Shown here: one piece after another, positions 21,614 to 33,577 of the stretch
Layout of the letters: each line of letters opens with the position of its first letter
How positions within the stretch are numbered: position 1 is the first letter of the stretch
DNA from: Dictyostelium discoideum
Lineage: Eukaryota
Assembly (NCBI GenBank): GCA_000004695.1
Contig: CM000150.2
Location: 96,001 to 160,000, forward strand
DNA length: 64,000 nucleotides
Reading direction: 5' to 3'
Position numbers and translations under genes: made by a program
Notes under the pieces: model-generated
The model's input: the letters and a program-made list of their open reading frames with translations, nothing else
Told to the model about the DNA's origin: nothing
Database searches by the model: none

Positions 21614-23614
21614 TTATTCCAATACTCTCTGACTAACTAGTTTTACGATTTGATCCTTGTTGTACACATTGTGTTTCTTTGGATAACCTACTAAATCGAG
21701 TGTTACATTATTACCATGAACGGCAGTGATTATGAATGGTCCACAATTCTTGGATTCAAGTTTGTGAGAGATTAGATCTTTTGAAAGGTTAGTTTGGAAG
21801 AATTTTCTTTTAACCATCACCTTTTCTCCGACTACGAAGATAACATCACCACGACCTCGGTTGTAGTACTTTTGAGCATTGATTTGAGCATCTAGTATAT
21901 TATCACGGACAATCTTTTTGATGTTGCTCATTGGTATACGAGTCTTTGTTAATGAATTGAAATGATTAACTGGAGTTGGTGGATTGAATCCATAAACGAT
22001 TTGGAATGGTGACATCTTTGTAGACTTGCTCATTGATGAGTTCATTGCAAATTCAATAAGTGGAATGATATCTGAACAATTCTCCACATACTCTGTTGAG
22101 GCTTTAGTTAATATTCTAATAATTTCTCTATTCATTCTTTCAGTTTGACCATCAGCTTGTGCTCTGTGTGCCACAGTCATCTTGAGTTTAGAATCCATCG
22201 TCTTTGCCCATCTCTCACATATTTCTGAAAGGAATCTTGGATCTCTATCGGAGACGATTGTTCTTGGATAACCATGGAGTCTGAACACATGATTCAACAA
22301 TAATTGAGCGGTATGTTGGGCATCTATTGTCTTATGACATGGAACTATATTAACCATTTTAGATAATCTACAAACAATGACACAAACTTGATCGACTTCA
22401 ACTGTAAATCCGTTTAGTGCATACATTGTTTTTGGTAGCGATAAGAAATCGATTGATATATCTCTCCAAACTTCAAAGGGAATTTCTAAACTTTGGAGTA
22501 TACCATTATCTTTACGGTTAATTTTCAATTGACATGTTGCACAAGACTTTATGTACCTCTTGATAATAGAAAACATTTCTTTAAAATAGTAATCTTGTCT
22601 TATATTATTGTATGTTATATCTAAAGCGTAATGACCACTATATTTGGTATCGTGATATTCCCTAATGACGGTATGAATAGTTTCTTTATCTATGATGATT
22701 AATTTCTTGAACCCATCTTCACTAAGGTAACATAAATCATTAATTTCTTCAATGCATAAATTTGGATTCTTTTTCATCTCTAATAGCCATTGAGAATTGA
22801 TTTGTTCTTCCTTAATTTTATTTAAAAACGATTCATCCCATTGGAAATTATCATATTTACGAGATAAGAAATCAGCTATACAATTCTTTTTACCACTTAT
22901 ATGTCTTAATTCATAATCAAATTCTTTAATATATTTCATATAATTATCTTGTCTCTTTGTGAACGGTTTATCGTTTGACTTATTGATAATATATTTAAGA
23001 TTTTGGTGATCAGTGTAGATTGAAACCTTTTTACCAATTAATAAATGTTGAAACTTCTTTAGAGAATCAATGATTGAAAGGAACTCTCTATCACCTATGC
23101 TGTACCTCTTTTGAGTATCAGTAAGTTTTCTACTGTGAAACCAAATGACTTTGAATTTATCACCTTGAATTTGATATAATACACCTGATAATGCTTTATC
23201 ATTAACATCACAATACAAGTGAAAACTACCATTGTTTAGATTATTATTATCTGAATGGATTGGCATGTCTGTTGATGCTTTAACCTTTTCGATATCTATT
23301 GGTATGCAGTTATCTTGTTCAATTGGAATATCGACAATATTTTCACCTTCAAACTCTTTCTTTAGATTATTGAATTCTTTGAGTGATTCATCAGAAAGTG
23401 TTTTCTTGTTTTTTCCTATTGATTCTTTGGAAAGGTGATATGTTTTTTCAGCGTAATTTTCAATGTGTCTCCTGAAGAATCCAAAAAGACCTAATGCAGC
23501 TTCAGCTTCTTTGGCGTTTCTTGGTTCAGGTAACTCAGAGATAGCTCTAACCTTTGCAGCTCTTGGAGATATACCATCTTTATGAATGTGAAAACCAAGG
23601 AAATCTACTTCAGT
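21614..23614 (-). CDS. RNase H - integrase (HHCC zinc finger, D,D35E core), continuous with the RT frame apart from an in-frame TAA at 23615-23617
   Basis: Manual translation of 23267-23614 reads through (…FLGFHIHKDGISPRAAKVRAISELPEP…) into ORF 21614-23266. Confidence 0.7.
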   Translation of the reverse strand, partial: TEVDFLGFHIHKDGISPRAAKVRAISELPEPRNAKEAEAALGLFGFFRRHIENYAEKTYHLSKESIGKNKKTLSDESLKEFNNLKKEFEGENIVDIPIEQDNCIPIDIEKVKASTDMPIHSDNNNLNNGSFHLYCDVNDKALSGVLYQIQGDKFKVIWFHSRKLTDTQKRYSIGDREFLSIIDSLKKFQHLLIGKKVSIYTDHQNLKYIINKSNDKPFTKRQDNYMKYIKEFDYELRHISGKKNCIADFLSRKYDNFQWDESFLNKIKEEQINSQWLLEMKKNPNLCIEEINDLCYLSEDGFKKLIIIDKETIHTVIREYHDTKYSGHYALDITYNNIRQDYYFKEMFSIIKRYIKSCATCQLKINRKDNGILQSLEIPFEVWRDISIDFLSLPKTMYALNGFTVEVDQVCVIVCRLSKMVNIVPCHKTIDAQHTAQLLLNHVFRLHGYPRTIVSDRDPRFLSEICERWAKTMDSKLKMTVAHRAQADGQTERMNREIIRILTKASTEYVENCSDIIPLIEFAMNSSMSKSTKMSPFQIVYGFNPPTPVNHFNSLTKTRIPMSNIKKIVRDNILDAQINAQKYYNRGRGDVIFVVGEKVMVKRKFFQTNLSKDLISHKLESKNCGPFIITAVHGNNVTLDLVGYPKKHNVYNKDQIVKLVSQRVLE

Positions 23615-23617
23615 CTT

Positions 23618-24637
23618 TTACATTTCACTCTTTTCTCTTGAAATGAATAATAGGTACATTCTACAATATAGAAGCATTCTAATGATTTCAATGAAATGTA
23701 CCATGTAGTCGAGTTTTGAATGAACCAAAAGATCATCAAAGTATTGTAATAAACTTTTGATTTTTCCAAATATTTCGACCATCAATCTAGCGAATGTGGA
23801 TGGAGAGTTGACTAAACCTTGTGGCATTCTAGTATATTCAAATTTACCAATATGTGTAATGAAAATGGTGTACTTTGCGTGTTCTGGATTAATTAACACT
23901 TGTAAATAACCCATAATCATGTCAAACTTTGAGAAAAGCTTTGAATATTTACATTGATTTAAAAGACTATCAACCGGAGTGAATGGATGATCGTCTCTAA
24001 CAGTGACTTTATTTATTTGACGATAGTCGTGGACTACACGCCATGAATCTCTCTTCTTTAATAACATGATTGGGGATGAGTAATTTGATTCTGATCTTTT
24101 GATAATACCTAAATCTATAAATTTGAGAACCATTTCTTCGACATGTCTCTTATGATCATCTGTTGAGTAATAGATTTGTTTCTTTGTTGGTTCAACATCT
24201 TGATCTTTCTTTATTATGATATTATGTATGATATTACCTCTTCTGGAATTGTTAATCTGATCTGGAACATCAGGAAGTTTATCTACTATAACATCTTCGA
24301 ATGAATTATTAATGAAATCACGTACTGCTTGTATCTCTTCTTCTTCTGGATTATTTTTAACCAGTATATCACAAAGTTGTGATGGGATGCTTTCAATAAA
24401 CTTTGTAACTTGTTCTTTGATATCTTCATCATCATCTAGTAGATTATGTGACTGTGACTGATTATCATTGGATACGGTAACATGTTTTCTTGGAGCTTTT
24501 ACATTACAATGTAATTGATTCGACTGTTGATAATTAATTTTGTATGTACTGTTATTCAACTTGATTATTTTATCTTTTTGGTTAATGATAGAGTCCTTAA
24601 GGATATCATTACCAAAAAGTACATCAATGATATCCAA
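23618..24637 (-). CDS. Reverse transcriptase (…LQYFDDLLVHS…), separated from the protease by an in-frame TAA
   Basis: YxDD motif; RT begins immediately after the stop codon in the same frame. Confidence 0.75.
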   Translation of the reverse strand: MDIIDVLFGNDILKDSIINQKDKIIKLNNSTYKINYQQSNQLHCNVKAPRKHVTVSNDNQSQSHNLLDDDEDIKEQVTKFIESIPSQLCDILVKNNPEEEEIQAVRDFINNSFEDVIVDKLPDVPDQINNSRRGNIIHNIIIKKDQDVEPTKKQIYYSTDDHKRHVEEMVLKFIDLGIIKRSESNYSSPIMLLKKRDSWRVVHDYRQINKVTVRDDHPFTPVDSLLNQCKYSKLFSKFDMIMGYLQVLINPEHAKYTIFITHIGKFEYTRMPQGLVNSPSTFARLMVEIFGKIKSLLQYFDDLLVHSKLDYMVHFIEIIRMLLYCRMYLLFISREKSEM

Positions 24638-25342
24638 TTATATATTAAAGAAGTTATGAATTTCATTGTTAACTTGTATATTGATTTGTTCAACAAACTC
24701 TTCTTTGACGTCAAGTAGCGGTAAGTTAATCTTGGCTTTGGTTTTGTGAACGTGGTTCTTCATATCTTTTGAAATCAACCTCTTATTGATTAAACTAACA
24801 TTACTTCCAGTATCGAGAATTAATTTGAATTGTTTTTTTTTGGAATGAGAGTTAATTATAATCTTGGGTTTATCCATGTTTTCTCTGTTTGGAACGATTA
24901 AACATTTTAGAGTCGGAATGAGAGCAGTATCACTTGTACCAGTACTATGTAATAATGAGATGATTGGTTTGTTTGTTTCTTTATCGAATTTAATTGTGTA
25001 AAGCAATTCATCTTCTTCATCGTTAATTAATTCTTTACCAGAATTTAATATCTTTGGACGATTGAATATGTTTACAGTATAGTTTTTATCTTGAACATTT
25101 GTTAACTCTGTTGGAGTATTAAATTCAATCTTCTGTGGTGTATACTTCATCTCTGATTCCACAGCTTTTGGAATTGGAACGTTTGTATCAGGAACTAGTT
25201 TTATACCATATGAGTCTTTGACGTATTCTTTAAGTTTGTTGATGTTTTTATGAACATCATGTTGCTGGCTTTGTTGATGTAACTGTTTAACAATGTTTTG
25301 ATTATAAAAAGAGTTAAGAGTATAAAGTGAATCTTTGTTCAC
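24638..25342 (-). CDS. Aspartic protease (LILDTGSNVSLI)
   Basis: DTG active-site motif. Confidence 0.75.
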   Translation of the reverse strand: MNKDSLYTLNSFYNQNIVKQLHQQSQQHDVHKNINKLKEYVKDSYGIKLVPDTNVPIPKAVESEMKYTPQKIEFNTPTELTNVQDKNYTVNIFNRPKILNSGKELINDEEDELLYTIKFDKETNKPIISLLHSTGTSDTALIPTLKCLIVPNRENMDKPKIIINSHSKKKQFKLILDTGSNVSLINKRLISKDMKNHVHKTKAKINLPLLDVKEEFVEQINIQVNNEIHNFFNI

Positions 25343-25432
25343 TGGGTAATCATTATCCTCAAGGTGATGATATTGTGAAATTTTATAATTTTTATTTAAA
25401 ATCTTTGACCTGGACTCATCACCTTCATCGAG

Positions 25433-25852
25433 TCATTGTTGCTTTTTGGCTAATGGACCTGGATTGGCTTTGGCATCGACCGGATCAATTCTACATGTAG
25501 ATGTGGAGTGATTTGATTTACCACAATTGAGACAGTAGCCTTTGCTTTGACGGTAAACGATGAAACTGCTTCTTATCTTTTTGAGGTCTACCTTAGAGTC
25601 TTTTCTTATTTCGGGTAATATTGCAGCTCTAATCTTATCAGCTTGAGCATCAAAGGAATTCCTGTTATGAGAGTTATGATTTGGAGTAGCATGATTCTTT
25701 TTTAATGGAAACTTCTCATCAGTATTCGATGCAGAATCGGAAGGTCTTCTTCTCGAGAACTTATCAGCATTGTTAAGAACCAACTCGGTGATGGCTTCAC
25801 GACACTCGGTGATATCGGTTTGTAACCAGTCTGGTACGACCATCTTTAACAA
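25433..25852 (-). CDS. Skipper-like gag nucleocapsid with CCHC zinc knuckle (CLNCGKSNHSTSTC)
   Basis: CX2CX4HX4C motif. Confidence 0.7.
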   Translation of the reverse strand: MLKMVVPDWLQTDITECREAITELVLNNADKFSRRRPSDSASNTDEKFPLKKNHATPNHNSHNRNSFDAQADKIRAAILPEIRKDSKVDLKKIRSSFIVYRQSKGYCLNCGKSNHSTSTCRIDPVDAKANPGPLAKKQQ

Positions 25853-25879
25853 AGCAAGGATATTATTATCTAAAATTGA

Positions 25880-26567
25880 TCATAGATACTCTAATTGAAC
25901 TTCAGCAGTACCATGGATGAGATACACCGGATTAATTACATTGTGGTAACTCATAATGGCTTCGATGTTATTTATAACATCTTGGGCTGAGTAGCAGTTA
26001 CGATGGTTAATAGCTTCGACTACTTTAGTATTGGCAGCTTCGTAGTCAGTTTTGAATGGAACCAAAGTCTTGGATCTAAAGTTACGGTGGATTAGCTTCT
26101 TCAATGTTTCACCTTCAATTTTATCGTTGTTCTTAACTGATTCATTGTGGGTAGGTTGAAGCAATTGAAATAATTCATTTGATGCAGCACCATTGTCCAC
26201 AATGGTCTTCAAGGTTGGTTCAACACCATTCTGGGAGCAGTGGATGGTAAAAAGATTCATGAAGATGACAGCAGTGGCAGCATTTTTTAAAGCATCAATG
26301 GTTTTAGCTTCAATGGAATTGGTCTTTGATTTCTTTGGCACTTTCTCTCTGACTTCGACGTCGGATACATCAGTGCTTTCAGTTGAAATAAATTTCATCA
26401 TCAACTTCAGTGGGACGAAGAGTCTTTTTTGATTTTACTTGAACAGTAATAGCATCATGGGAGGCGGTTGTCACTTCAGCGGCACGTTTGGCGGTGGAAG
26501 ACACTTTGGCTTTACGGATGGCTTTCTTTGAAGGAGTAGTAGTTGATGACATGACTTTCACCAACAA
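25880..26567 (-). CDS. Skipper-like gag capsid region (two overlapping ORFs)
   Basis: ORFs 26379-26567 and 25880-26404. Confidence 0.55.
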
Positions 26568-26714
26568 TTATATATAAAATTTATTAAATATAATTTAATT
26601 TTATAATTTAATTTTATAATTTAATTTACATAATTTAATTATATAATTTAATTTAATTTATTTAATTTAATTTAATTTAATTTTTAATTAAATAATTAAA
26701 TATAAGTATTAATA

Positions 26715-26950
26715 TATGTTAACTGTTATTCCACTAATATATTTTTATTGTGGTGTCTTTATATTATTTAATTGATAATAAATATTATCTTAAATTATTT
26801 TAATTATAACAATGCATCAATATAACTGTTATTCCACTAATAATTTATATTGTGGTGTATTTATTTAACTGTTATTCCACTAATAATTTATATTGTGGTG
26901 TCTTTATTTAACTGTTATTCCACTAATAATTTATAGTGGTGTCTTTGTAT
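26715..26950. repeat. ~40-bp tandem repeats (ACTGTTATTCCACTAATAATTTATATTGTGGTGTCTTTATTTA) in the Skipper-like 5' leader
   Basis: Four direct copies. Confidence 0.7.
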
Positions 26951-27617
26951 TTGAGCATTATTATTAAATTAATTGATACAATCTTGTTTTATATTACTTT
27001 ATAAAAGATGCATGTTTACAATGTGAGTAGGAAGTGTCGTTGTACCGCCTAAGCAGTACAGCGTTAATCTTGCAAACAGAAGGGCCATTGTAATGCATTT
27101 TTATTTTGTTTTAAATACTACTGTTATTCCTCTAATCTGAAGAGTCGACTTCTTCATCATGAGGTGTCATTGTATACGAAATATAAGGATTGTATCTAAT
27201 TATTTGTTTTAATGTATTTGTTTTATGTTAAAATTAGAAAAAAAAAGTGTAAAAGTCACTCACACTAATCTTCAATCCATTGTCACATTTGTTTAATCTT
27301 TAATCAAACAGTCCAATCTTTAAAGTAATGTTTTTTTAAAATGAAGGATAGAAAGAGTGAAAGACTAATATCATAAAAGTAAACATACATAAAACAGATA
27401 ATTAAAAGTAAGGGCGTTATGAAAATCAGAATTTTTATTATTATTTAAATTTTAATTTAATTTTATTTAATTTAATTTTTTATTTTTCAACTGAAAAAAT
27501 AAAAAATTAAAAAATAAAAATTAAAATTAAATGAAATATTTTTACATGGAGATGCGAATTTGTTACGTTGTTGAGCTCATACAAACTTTAAATTAATTTA
27601 GTTTTGAGTCTCTAACA

Positions 27618-27713
27618 TCTAGAACATTCTAAAAAATTATCTTAAATATTTGGGAAATTCAAATAAATTAATGTTATTCATAATATATATATATATTTAA
27701 TATATAATATAAT
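27618..27713. mobile_element. Remainder of the DIRS ITR into which the Skipper-like element inserted (target gaatgttct|agaacattc)
   Basis: ITR core continues exactly after the right LTR. Confidence 0.75.
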
Positions 27714-29940
27714 TTAATAAATTAAATTTTTAATTGATTGAGTTGGTTCGAGAACACTCTTTTCTAGATTTAACTTGAAACCTAGTTTGACAAGTAAGTC
27801 CATTGTCTTTTTGAGGTTGGATAAACATTCTTCTTTTGTTGAACCGACGATTAATAGATCGTCCAAGTAAGCGATGACGGATACTTTGATATCTCTCAAC
27901 ATTCGAAGTACAGGTCTTAACAGCATTGTAAAGATACGAGGAGCTGTCGATAACCCGAACGACATTGTTTTCCAACGGTAATGCGAACCTTTCCACAAGA
28001 AGCGGAATAAGTCTCTGTATTGCGGATCTACTAACACGTGGAGTAGGCTTTCTTGATATCGAGTTTTACCATGTAATAACCTTGTTTGACCATTGACGGT
28101 AGATTCTTGATTCCTTCCATCTTGAATGATTGGTTGTTGATGTAAGTGTTTAACCTTTTTAGATCGAGAACTGGACGATGTAGATTCGTTCCAGGTTTTG
28201 GAACCGTAAACACGTTGGAGTAAAAAACGCGCTTTGAATAACGGTTTGGAAGTACTTGTTCGATGGCATCGTCTAATAACAAGTCTTGTACTTCCTTTGT
28301 GATGCAATCTGATTTCGGACCCTCTGGAATTGAAATCGGAATTGGGTTTAGCATCGGCTTGAAGTTTGGAAGTAGATGGACTTTTAATCCATTTACGACC
28401 TCTTGACAAAAGTTTAGAAGACCCAATTCTTTCCAAACTTGTTTGTGGTGGAACAGACGTCCACCTACTGGTAAGTTTACTTCTTGTTCTTCTGAAAACG
28501 GTTGTTGGTACCGTTGGCAGACTTGGTATTGTTGCTACCTGATGCAACATTACTTGGTGATCCATTGAAGTTGTTAGATCGGCCATTACTCCCACTACTG
28601 GATTTACTATTACTACTGTTTCCTGTAGTGTTATTACCACTTGAGTTAACTGATTTCTTGACATTGGACTTGGAATGATAATTCAATTTTAACAATGATT
28701 GTTTTGCTTCGTTGTTCTTTCTGATTGATTTGGCTAGCTTTCTTACACGTTCAGTTTCAGTTTCATCAAACATCTTTGGTGTATTCTTGATCTTAATTGG
28801 TAAGAGTACTTCAGAACCATAGATTTCTTTAGCGATGTTGTTACGACGGACACGACTAAGCGATGCTTGAGCATTAACGGCTAAGACGATTGCACTCTGA
28901 GTTAAGTAACTAACAAGTTCTACATCGACAATAGAGCTATCAGATGATAACATACTTGACATGAGAAGCAAAGGTTTTAAGCTATCGTTGATTCGCTTTT
29001 CGACAATCAACAAGTCAGTATCATTGTTCTTGACGTTGGATGATACAGTAATACCTTCAGGTGTACCGAATGGAGCGACGTTCACTTGGAAGTTAGATGG
29101 AAAGTTGAATACTTTATTCAATTCGGATATCTCATCTTTCTTGAGGATACATTATTCTTCGACGAGTAAACCTTGATTGTTTACCATATGTTTGTACTGA
29201 CCAAGTAAGGTATCGGATAATTGATAATCGGTTGGAACATCGACATTGTTACTTGATTCATCTTCACTTTGTTCATTCTCAGTGTCAGAGTTATCATGAG
29301 AAGGTAGGCTACGTCTTAAATCAAAGGATTCAGCGCTATTAGAGGCAGAGGTACTACTACTAGAGGCATCATTATTATTAACAGTGGTAGACATTTTTTA
29401 TTGTTGATATCTAAAATTATAATATGAGAAAAATAATAATATTAAAAATTAATAAAGAGAAATAATTATTTGTATAAAATTTGTGTGTGTGTGTATCTTA
29501 AATATATATAGGAGGAATTCCCAAATAAAATAAATCAAATTGTTTTAGTTTTTAGTGCCACTATTTATACGTTTTTATTTTCTTAAAAATTTCGCAAAAC
29601 TCAAAAAAATAAGAGTTTTCGACCCTTCACAACTTTGTGCATAGTGTCGGTTCGGAATTTTTCGACCTTGCGCAATGATCGCGTCACTGTGCCGGTTCGA
29701 AATTTTTATTTTTCTTTCGAAAATTTTTTTTTTCTTCGAATGTTCTAGAACATTCTAAAAAATTATCTTAAATATTTGGGAAATTCAAATAAATAAATGT
29801 TATTCATAATATTAATATATATATGATAATATAAATCTTGGAATGTTTTAGAACATTCTAAAAAATTATCTTAAATATTTGGGAAATTCAAATAAATAAA
29901 TGTTATTCATAATATATATATATGATAAATTAAATTTACT
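27714..29940 (-). mobile_element. DIRS copy f: 5' ITR (29400-29940, partly duplicated), ORF1 with an internal deletion, N-terminal half of the RT ORF; truncated at 27714
   Basis: ORFs 28477-29121, 29152-29394, 28031-28426, 27714-28664. Confidence 0.8.
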
Positions 29941-29993
29941 AGAACGTTAGGGTTACGGATAGCATACTCAAATAACCAGCGAGTTTTCCCAGT

Positions 29994-30140
29994 TTAACGT
30001 GAGCCACTCAAGCCAATTGTAAACAACTCTCGTAACTGACATGCCTTAGTACCGCCAAGGTTATTAGCAGCGCTACGCTCATTATTAATCGCAATACTTT
30101 TCTCAATCGCATCATAATCGATGGTTGTCGTAGACGTCAT
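29994..30140 (-). CDS. Terminase-like gene N-terminal fragment (48 aa, uninterrupted here; cut downstream by the DIRS-f ITR)
   Basis: RBS atgaggtaaaaaatcATG; homolog of 2859-3108. Confidence 0.45.
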   Translation of the reverse strand: MTSTTTIDYDAIEKSIAINNERSAANNLGGTKACQLRELFTIGLSGSR

Positions 30141-30334
30141 GATTTTTTACCTCATTTATTTAGGTGGTTGTATGAACCCACATGGGTATAGTCCTCATAA
30201 ACAGGAGCTACTTTTGCTGGTAGACCAGGTGCATTAAGCATTGTTTTTAATACACGCTGACCACGCACATAAGGTTGGTTGCTAACATATTTTAAATCAG
30301 TTGCCACATAGCCTTTTGGAATTTCCATGGTAAA

Positions 30335-30520
30335 CTAATCCTCTAAATAGGTGACCAATGGCGGGTTTACTTCTACAACACTCAACCACGTAATGTTGGA
30401 AGTGCTTCGGTATTGTTCTTTTATTTTGAGATGCCATGCGGTTGATCGTGGTTTACTTACCCCAAAGTGTAAGTGTCGGTTATTTGCTGGCATACTTTCA
30501 GCCACTTCCCAAGTCTCCAA
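30335..30520 (-). CDS. Small phage-like gene (61 aa, TTG start); the island-A copy (3300-3480) carries an in-frame stop
   Basis: Stop overlaps the RBS of the next gene; paralog pseudogenised. Confidence 0.4.
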   Translation of the reverse strand: METWEVAESMPANNRHLHFGVSKPRSTAWHLKIKEQYRSTSNITWLSVVEVNPPLVTYLED

Positions 30521-31121
30521 TTCACCGCCGTCCTGCTATTAAGGGTGCCCAATGACGGACATCCATCTCAAAATAAAACTAGGAGGGGGTAAAACCCTCC
30601 TATATACTGATCTTACGGACGTGGTGATATCGAATACCACATTCTGTAATTTGGATCACACTGGGTGTTATTTACAATACCTAACGGACTGTATTTATCG
30701 TAGAAGGATCCCACTGTTGCGTTGCAATACCGTTAACAATCAACACTAAGCTGATTGTCCATACACTATTCTTCGTCGATGTATGATAAGGTAGGACAAT
30801 CCCATCAGCCGGTAGCTTATCCAATACAGCATCAACAATCAGCGCTTTGGACGGTGCTAAAATAAGGAACATCCGTTGTTAGCTTTGTTTTCCATATTTG
30901 GTTCACTGTCTTACAAACAAACCACCGGCATCTTTACCCTGCGTGTTACTAATAGGAATGGGGAAGGCATTCCTATTAGTAACACGCATAACTGACGTTT
31001 TCACTAGGGGCTAATACTAATTAATATTACCATGCCAGCTACGGTGTCAATCCAGTGTGTCAAATTAGTAACAGCTTTGGAGCCATCCAGATATGACGGA
31101 ACGCCTGGGCCTGAAATTTAA

Positions 31122-32120
31122 AAATTTAATTTATTAAATTATATTTTATATTAAATATATATATATATATTATGAATAACATTTATTTATTTGAATTTCC
31201 CAAATATTTAAGATAATTTTTTAGAATGTTCTAGAACATTCGAAGAAAAAAAAATTTTCGAAAGAAAAGTAAAAATTTCGAACCGGCACAATGACGCGAT
31301 AATTGCGCAAGGTCGAAAAACTGAAAAATTCCGAACCGACACTATGCACAAAGTTGTGAAGGGTCGAAAACTCTTATTTTTTTGAGTTTTGCGAAATTTT
31401 TAAGAAAATAAAAACGTATAAATAGTAGCACTAAAAACTAAAAACAATTTGATATATGGAATTCCGACTAAGGGCGGGTGGGATGGGACTAATATATATA
31501 TATATATTTAATATAAAATATAATTTAATAAATTAAATTTTTAATTTATATTATCATATATATATATATATTATGAAATTTGGACGACAGTATTTAAGAA
31601 ACCACCAGATTTTTCACCAATGATTCTTTTATCGTAGAAGGTATCTACAGTATCGTTTGATTTCCAACGACCCATCTTCTTGACAACGTGGAACGGAACG
31701 TTATTGGACAACAGCAGAGAAGCCAGAGCGGAACGGGTAGAGTGAGATTTGAACTTGGCAATATCAATACCTGACTTTGAGAGTGTTGATAGTACAATTG
31801 AGTTAATATCATTAACTTGGAGCGGTTCACCCTCATTCTTAATAAAGACAGAGTCACCCGAATGAGGCTTTCTTCTTCCTTTAGAGGCTCTAAGGTATGT
31901 TGCAAGGTGGCGAACAGGGCATACTTGAGAGTTTGTATCATCTAACGAAGTTAATTCTAAGATTGAAACAACACCACTTCTTTGTTCTTTAGCATTAATA
32001 ACTGGACCTTTGATTGAGTCAGGAGTAATAATGAGACATTTGAACGACCACTTCACCAAGTCTGATGATCTTGCTAAACCAAACATTTTACAGAGAACAA
32101 GTGTCTTGTTTAATAGCGCA
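31122..32120 (-). mobile_element. DIRS copy g: 3' ITR plus recombinase C-terminus, truncated at 32120
   Basis: ORF 31571-32086 is the recombinase catalytic region; the ITR contains ggaattccgactaagggcgggtgggatgggac. Confidence 0.85.
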
Positions 32121-32569
32121 TTTATATTATCATATATATATATATATTATGAATAACATTTATTTATTTGAATTTCCCAAATATTTAAGATAATTTTTTA
32201 GAATGTTCTAGAACAATTGAAGAATAAAAAATTTTCGAAAGAAAAGTAAAAATTTCGAACCGGCACAATGACGCGATCATTGCGCAAGGTCGAAAAACTG
32301 AAAAATTCCGAACCGACACTATGCACAAAGTTGTGAAGGGTCGAAAACTCTTATTTTTTTGAGTTTTGCGAAATTTTTGAGAAAATAAAAACGTATAAAT
32401 AGTGGCACTAAAAACTAAAACAATTTGATTTATTTTATTTGGGAATTCCTCCTATATATATTTAAGATACACACACATACAAATTTTATACAAATAATTA
32501 TTTCTCTTTATTAATTTTTAATATTATTATTTTTTCTCATATTATAATTTTAGATATCAACAATAAAAT

Positions 32570-33577
32570 ATGTCTACCACTGTTAATAATAACGAAGCCT
32601 CTAGTAGTAGTACCTCTGCCTCTAATAGCGCTGAATCCTTTGATTTAAGAATGAAATCAATGGAGGATCAAATCAACAACCTTTCCTTAGCCTTTACAAG
32701 ATTCATGAAAGAACCTATGTTCTCTTCTAATACCAACTCACGTAGCCAACCTTCTCATGATAACTCTGACACCGAGAATGAACAAAGTGAAGATGAATCA
32801 AGTAACAATGTCGATGTTCCAACCGATTATCAATTATCCGATACCTTACTTGGTCAGTACAAACATATGGTTAACAATCAAGGTTTACTCGTCGAAGAAG
32901 AATGTATCCTCAAGAAAGATGAGATATCCGAATTGAATAAAGTATTCAACTTTCCATCTAACTTCCAAGTGAATGTCGCTCCATTCGGTACACCTGAAGG
33001 TATTACTGTATCATCCAACGTCAAGAACAATGATACTGACTTGTTGATTGTCGAAAAGCGAATCAACGATAGCTTAAAACCTTTGCTTCTCATGTCAAGT
33101 ATGTTATCATCTGATAGCTCCAATGTCGATGTAGAACTTATTAGTTACTTAACTCAGAGTGCAATCGTCTTAGCAGTTAATGCTCAAGCATCGCTTAGTC
33201 GTGTCCGTCGTAACAACATCGCTAAAGAAATCTATGGTTCTGAAGTACTCTTACCAATTAAGATCAAGGATACACCAAAGATGTTTGATGAAACTGAAAC
33301 TGAACGTGTAAGAAAGCTAGCCAAGTCAATCAGAAAGAACAACGAAGCAAAACAATCATTGTTAAAATTAAATTATCATTCCAAGACCAATGCAAAGAAA
33401 TTAGTTAACTCAAGTGGTAATAACACTACAGGAAACAGTAGTAATAGTAAATCCAGTAGTGGGAGTAATGGCCGATCTAACAACTTCAATGGATCACCAA
33501 GTAGTGTTGCATCAGGTAGCAACAATACCAAGTCTGCAAACGGTACCAACAACCGTTTTCAGAAGAACAAGAAGTAA
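32570..33577 (+). CDS. DIRS ORF1 (335 aa)
   Basis: Full length. Confidence 0.8.
   Translation: MSTTVNNNEASSSSTSASNSAESFDLRMKSMEDQINNLSLAFTRFMKEPMFSSNTNSRSQPSHDNSDTENEQSEDESSNNVDVPTDYQLSDTLLGQYKHMVNNQGLLVEEECILKKDEISELNKVFNFPSNFQVNVAPFGTPEGITVSSNVKNNDTDLLIVEKRINDSLKPLLLMSSMLSSDSSNVDVELISYLTQSAIVLAVNAQASLSRVRRNNIAKEIYGSEVLLPIKIKDTPKMFDETETERVRKLAKSIRKNNEAKQSLLKLNYHSKTNAKKLVNSSGNNTTGNSSNSKSSSGSNGRSNNFNGSPSSVASGSNNTKSANGTNNRFQKNKK

Larger units (their letters stand above)
20896..27617 (-). mobile_element. Skipper-like Ty3/gypsy LTR retrotransposon (LTRs 20896-21287 and 27247-27617, ~97% identical)
   Basis: Direct LTRs TGTG...AACA, polypurine tract AAAGAAGGAAGGGGAAGG next to the 3' LTR, gag CCHC, protease DTGS, RT YFDD, integrase HHCC plus DDE. 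Confidence 0.85.
29941..31121. other. Prokaryote/phage-like island A-prime, a diverged paralog of 2880-3700 plus additional sequence
   Basis: About 90% identity by eye to island A; same terminator and gene order. Confidence 0.7.

Noticed and set aside
27130-27246. Primer-binding site next to the Skipper-like 5' LTR
   Set aside because: No TGG-initiated tRNA-complementary stretch is visible next to the LTR. Only an A-rich tract lies there. Left unannotated.
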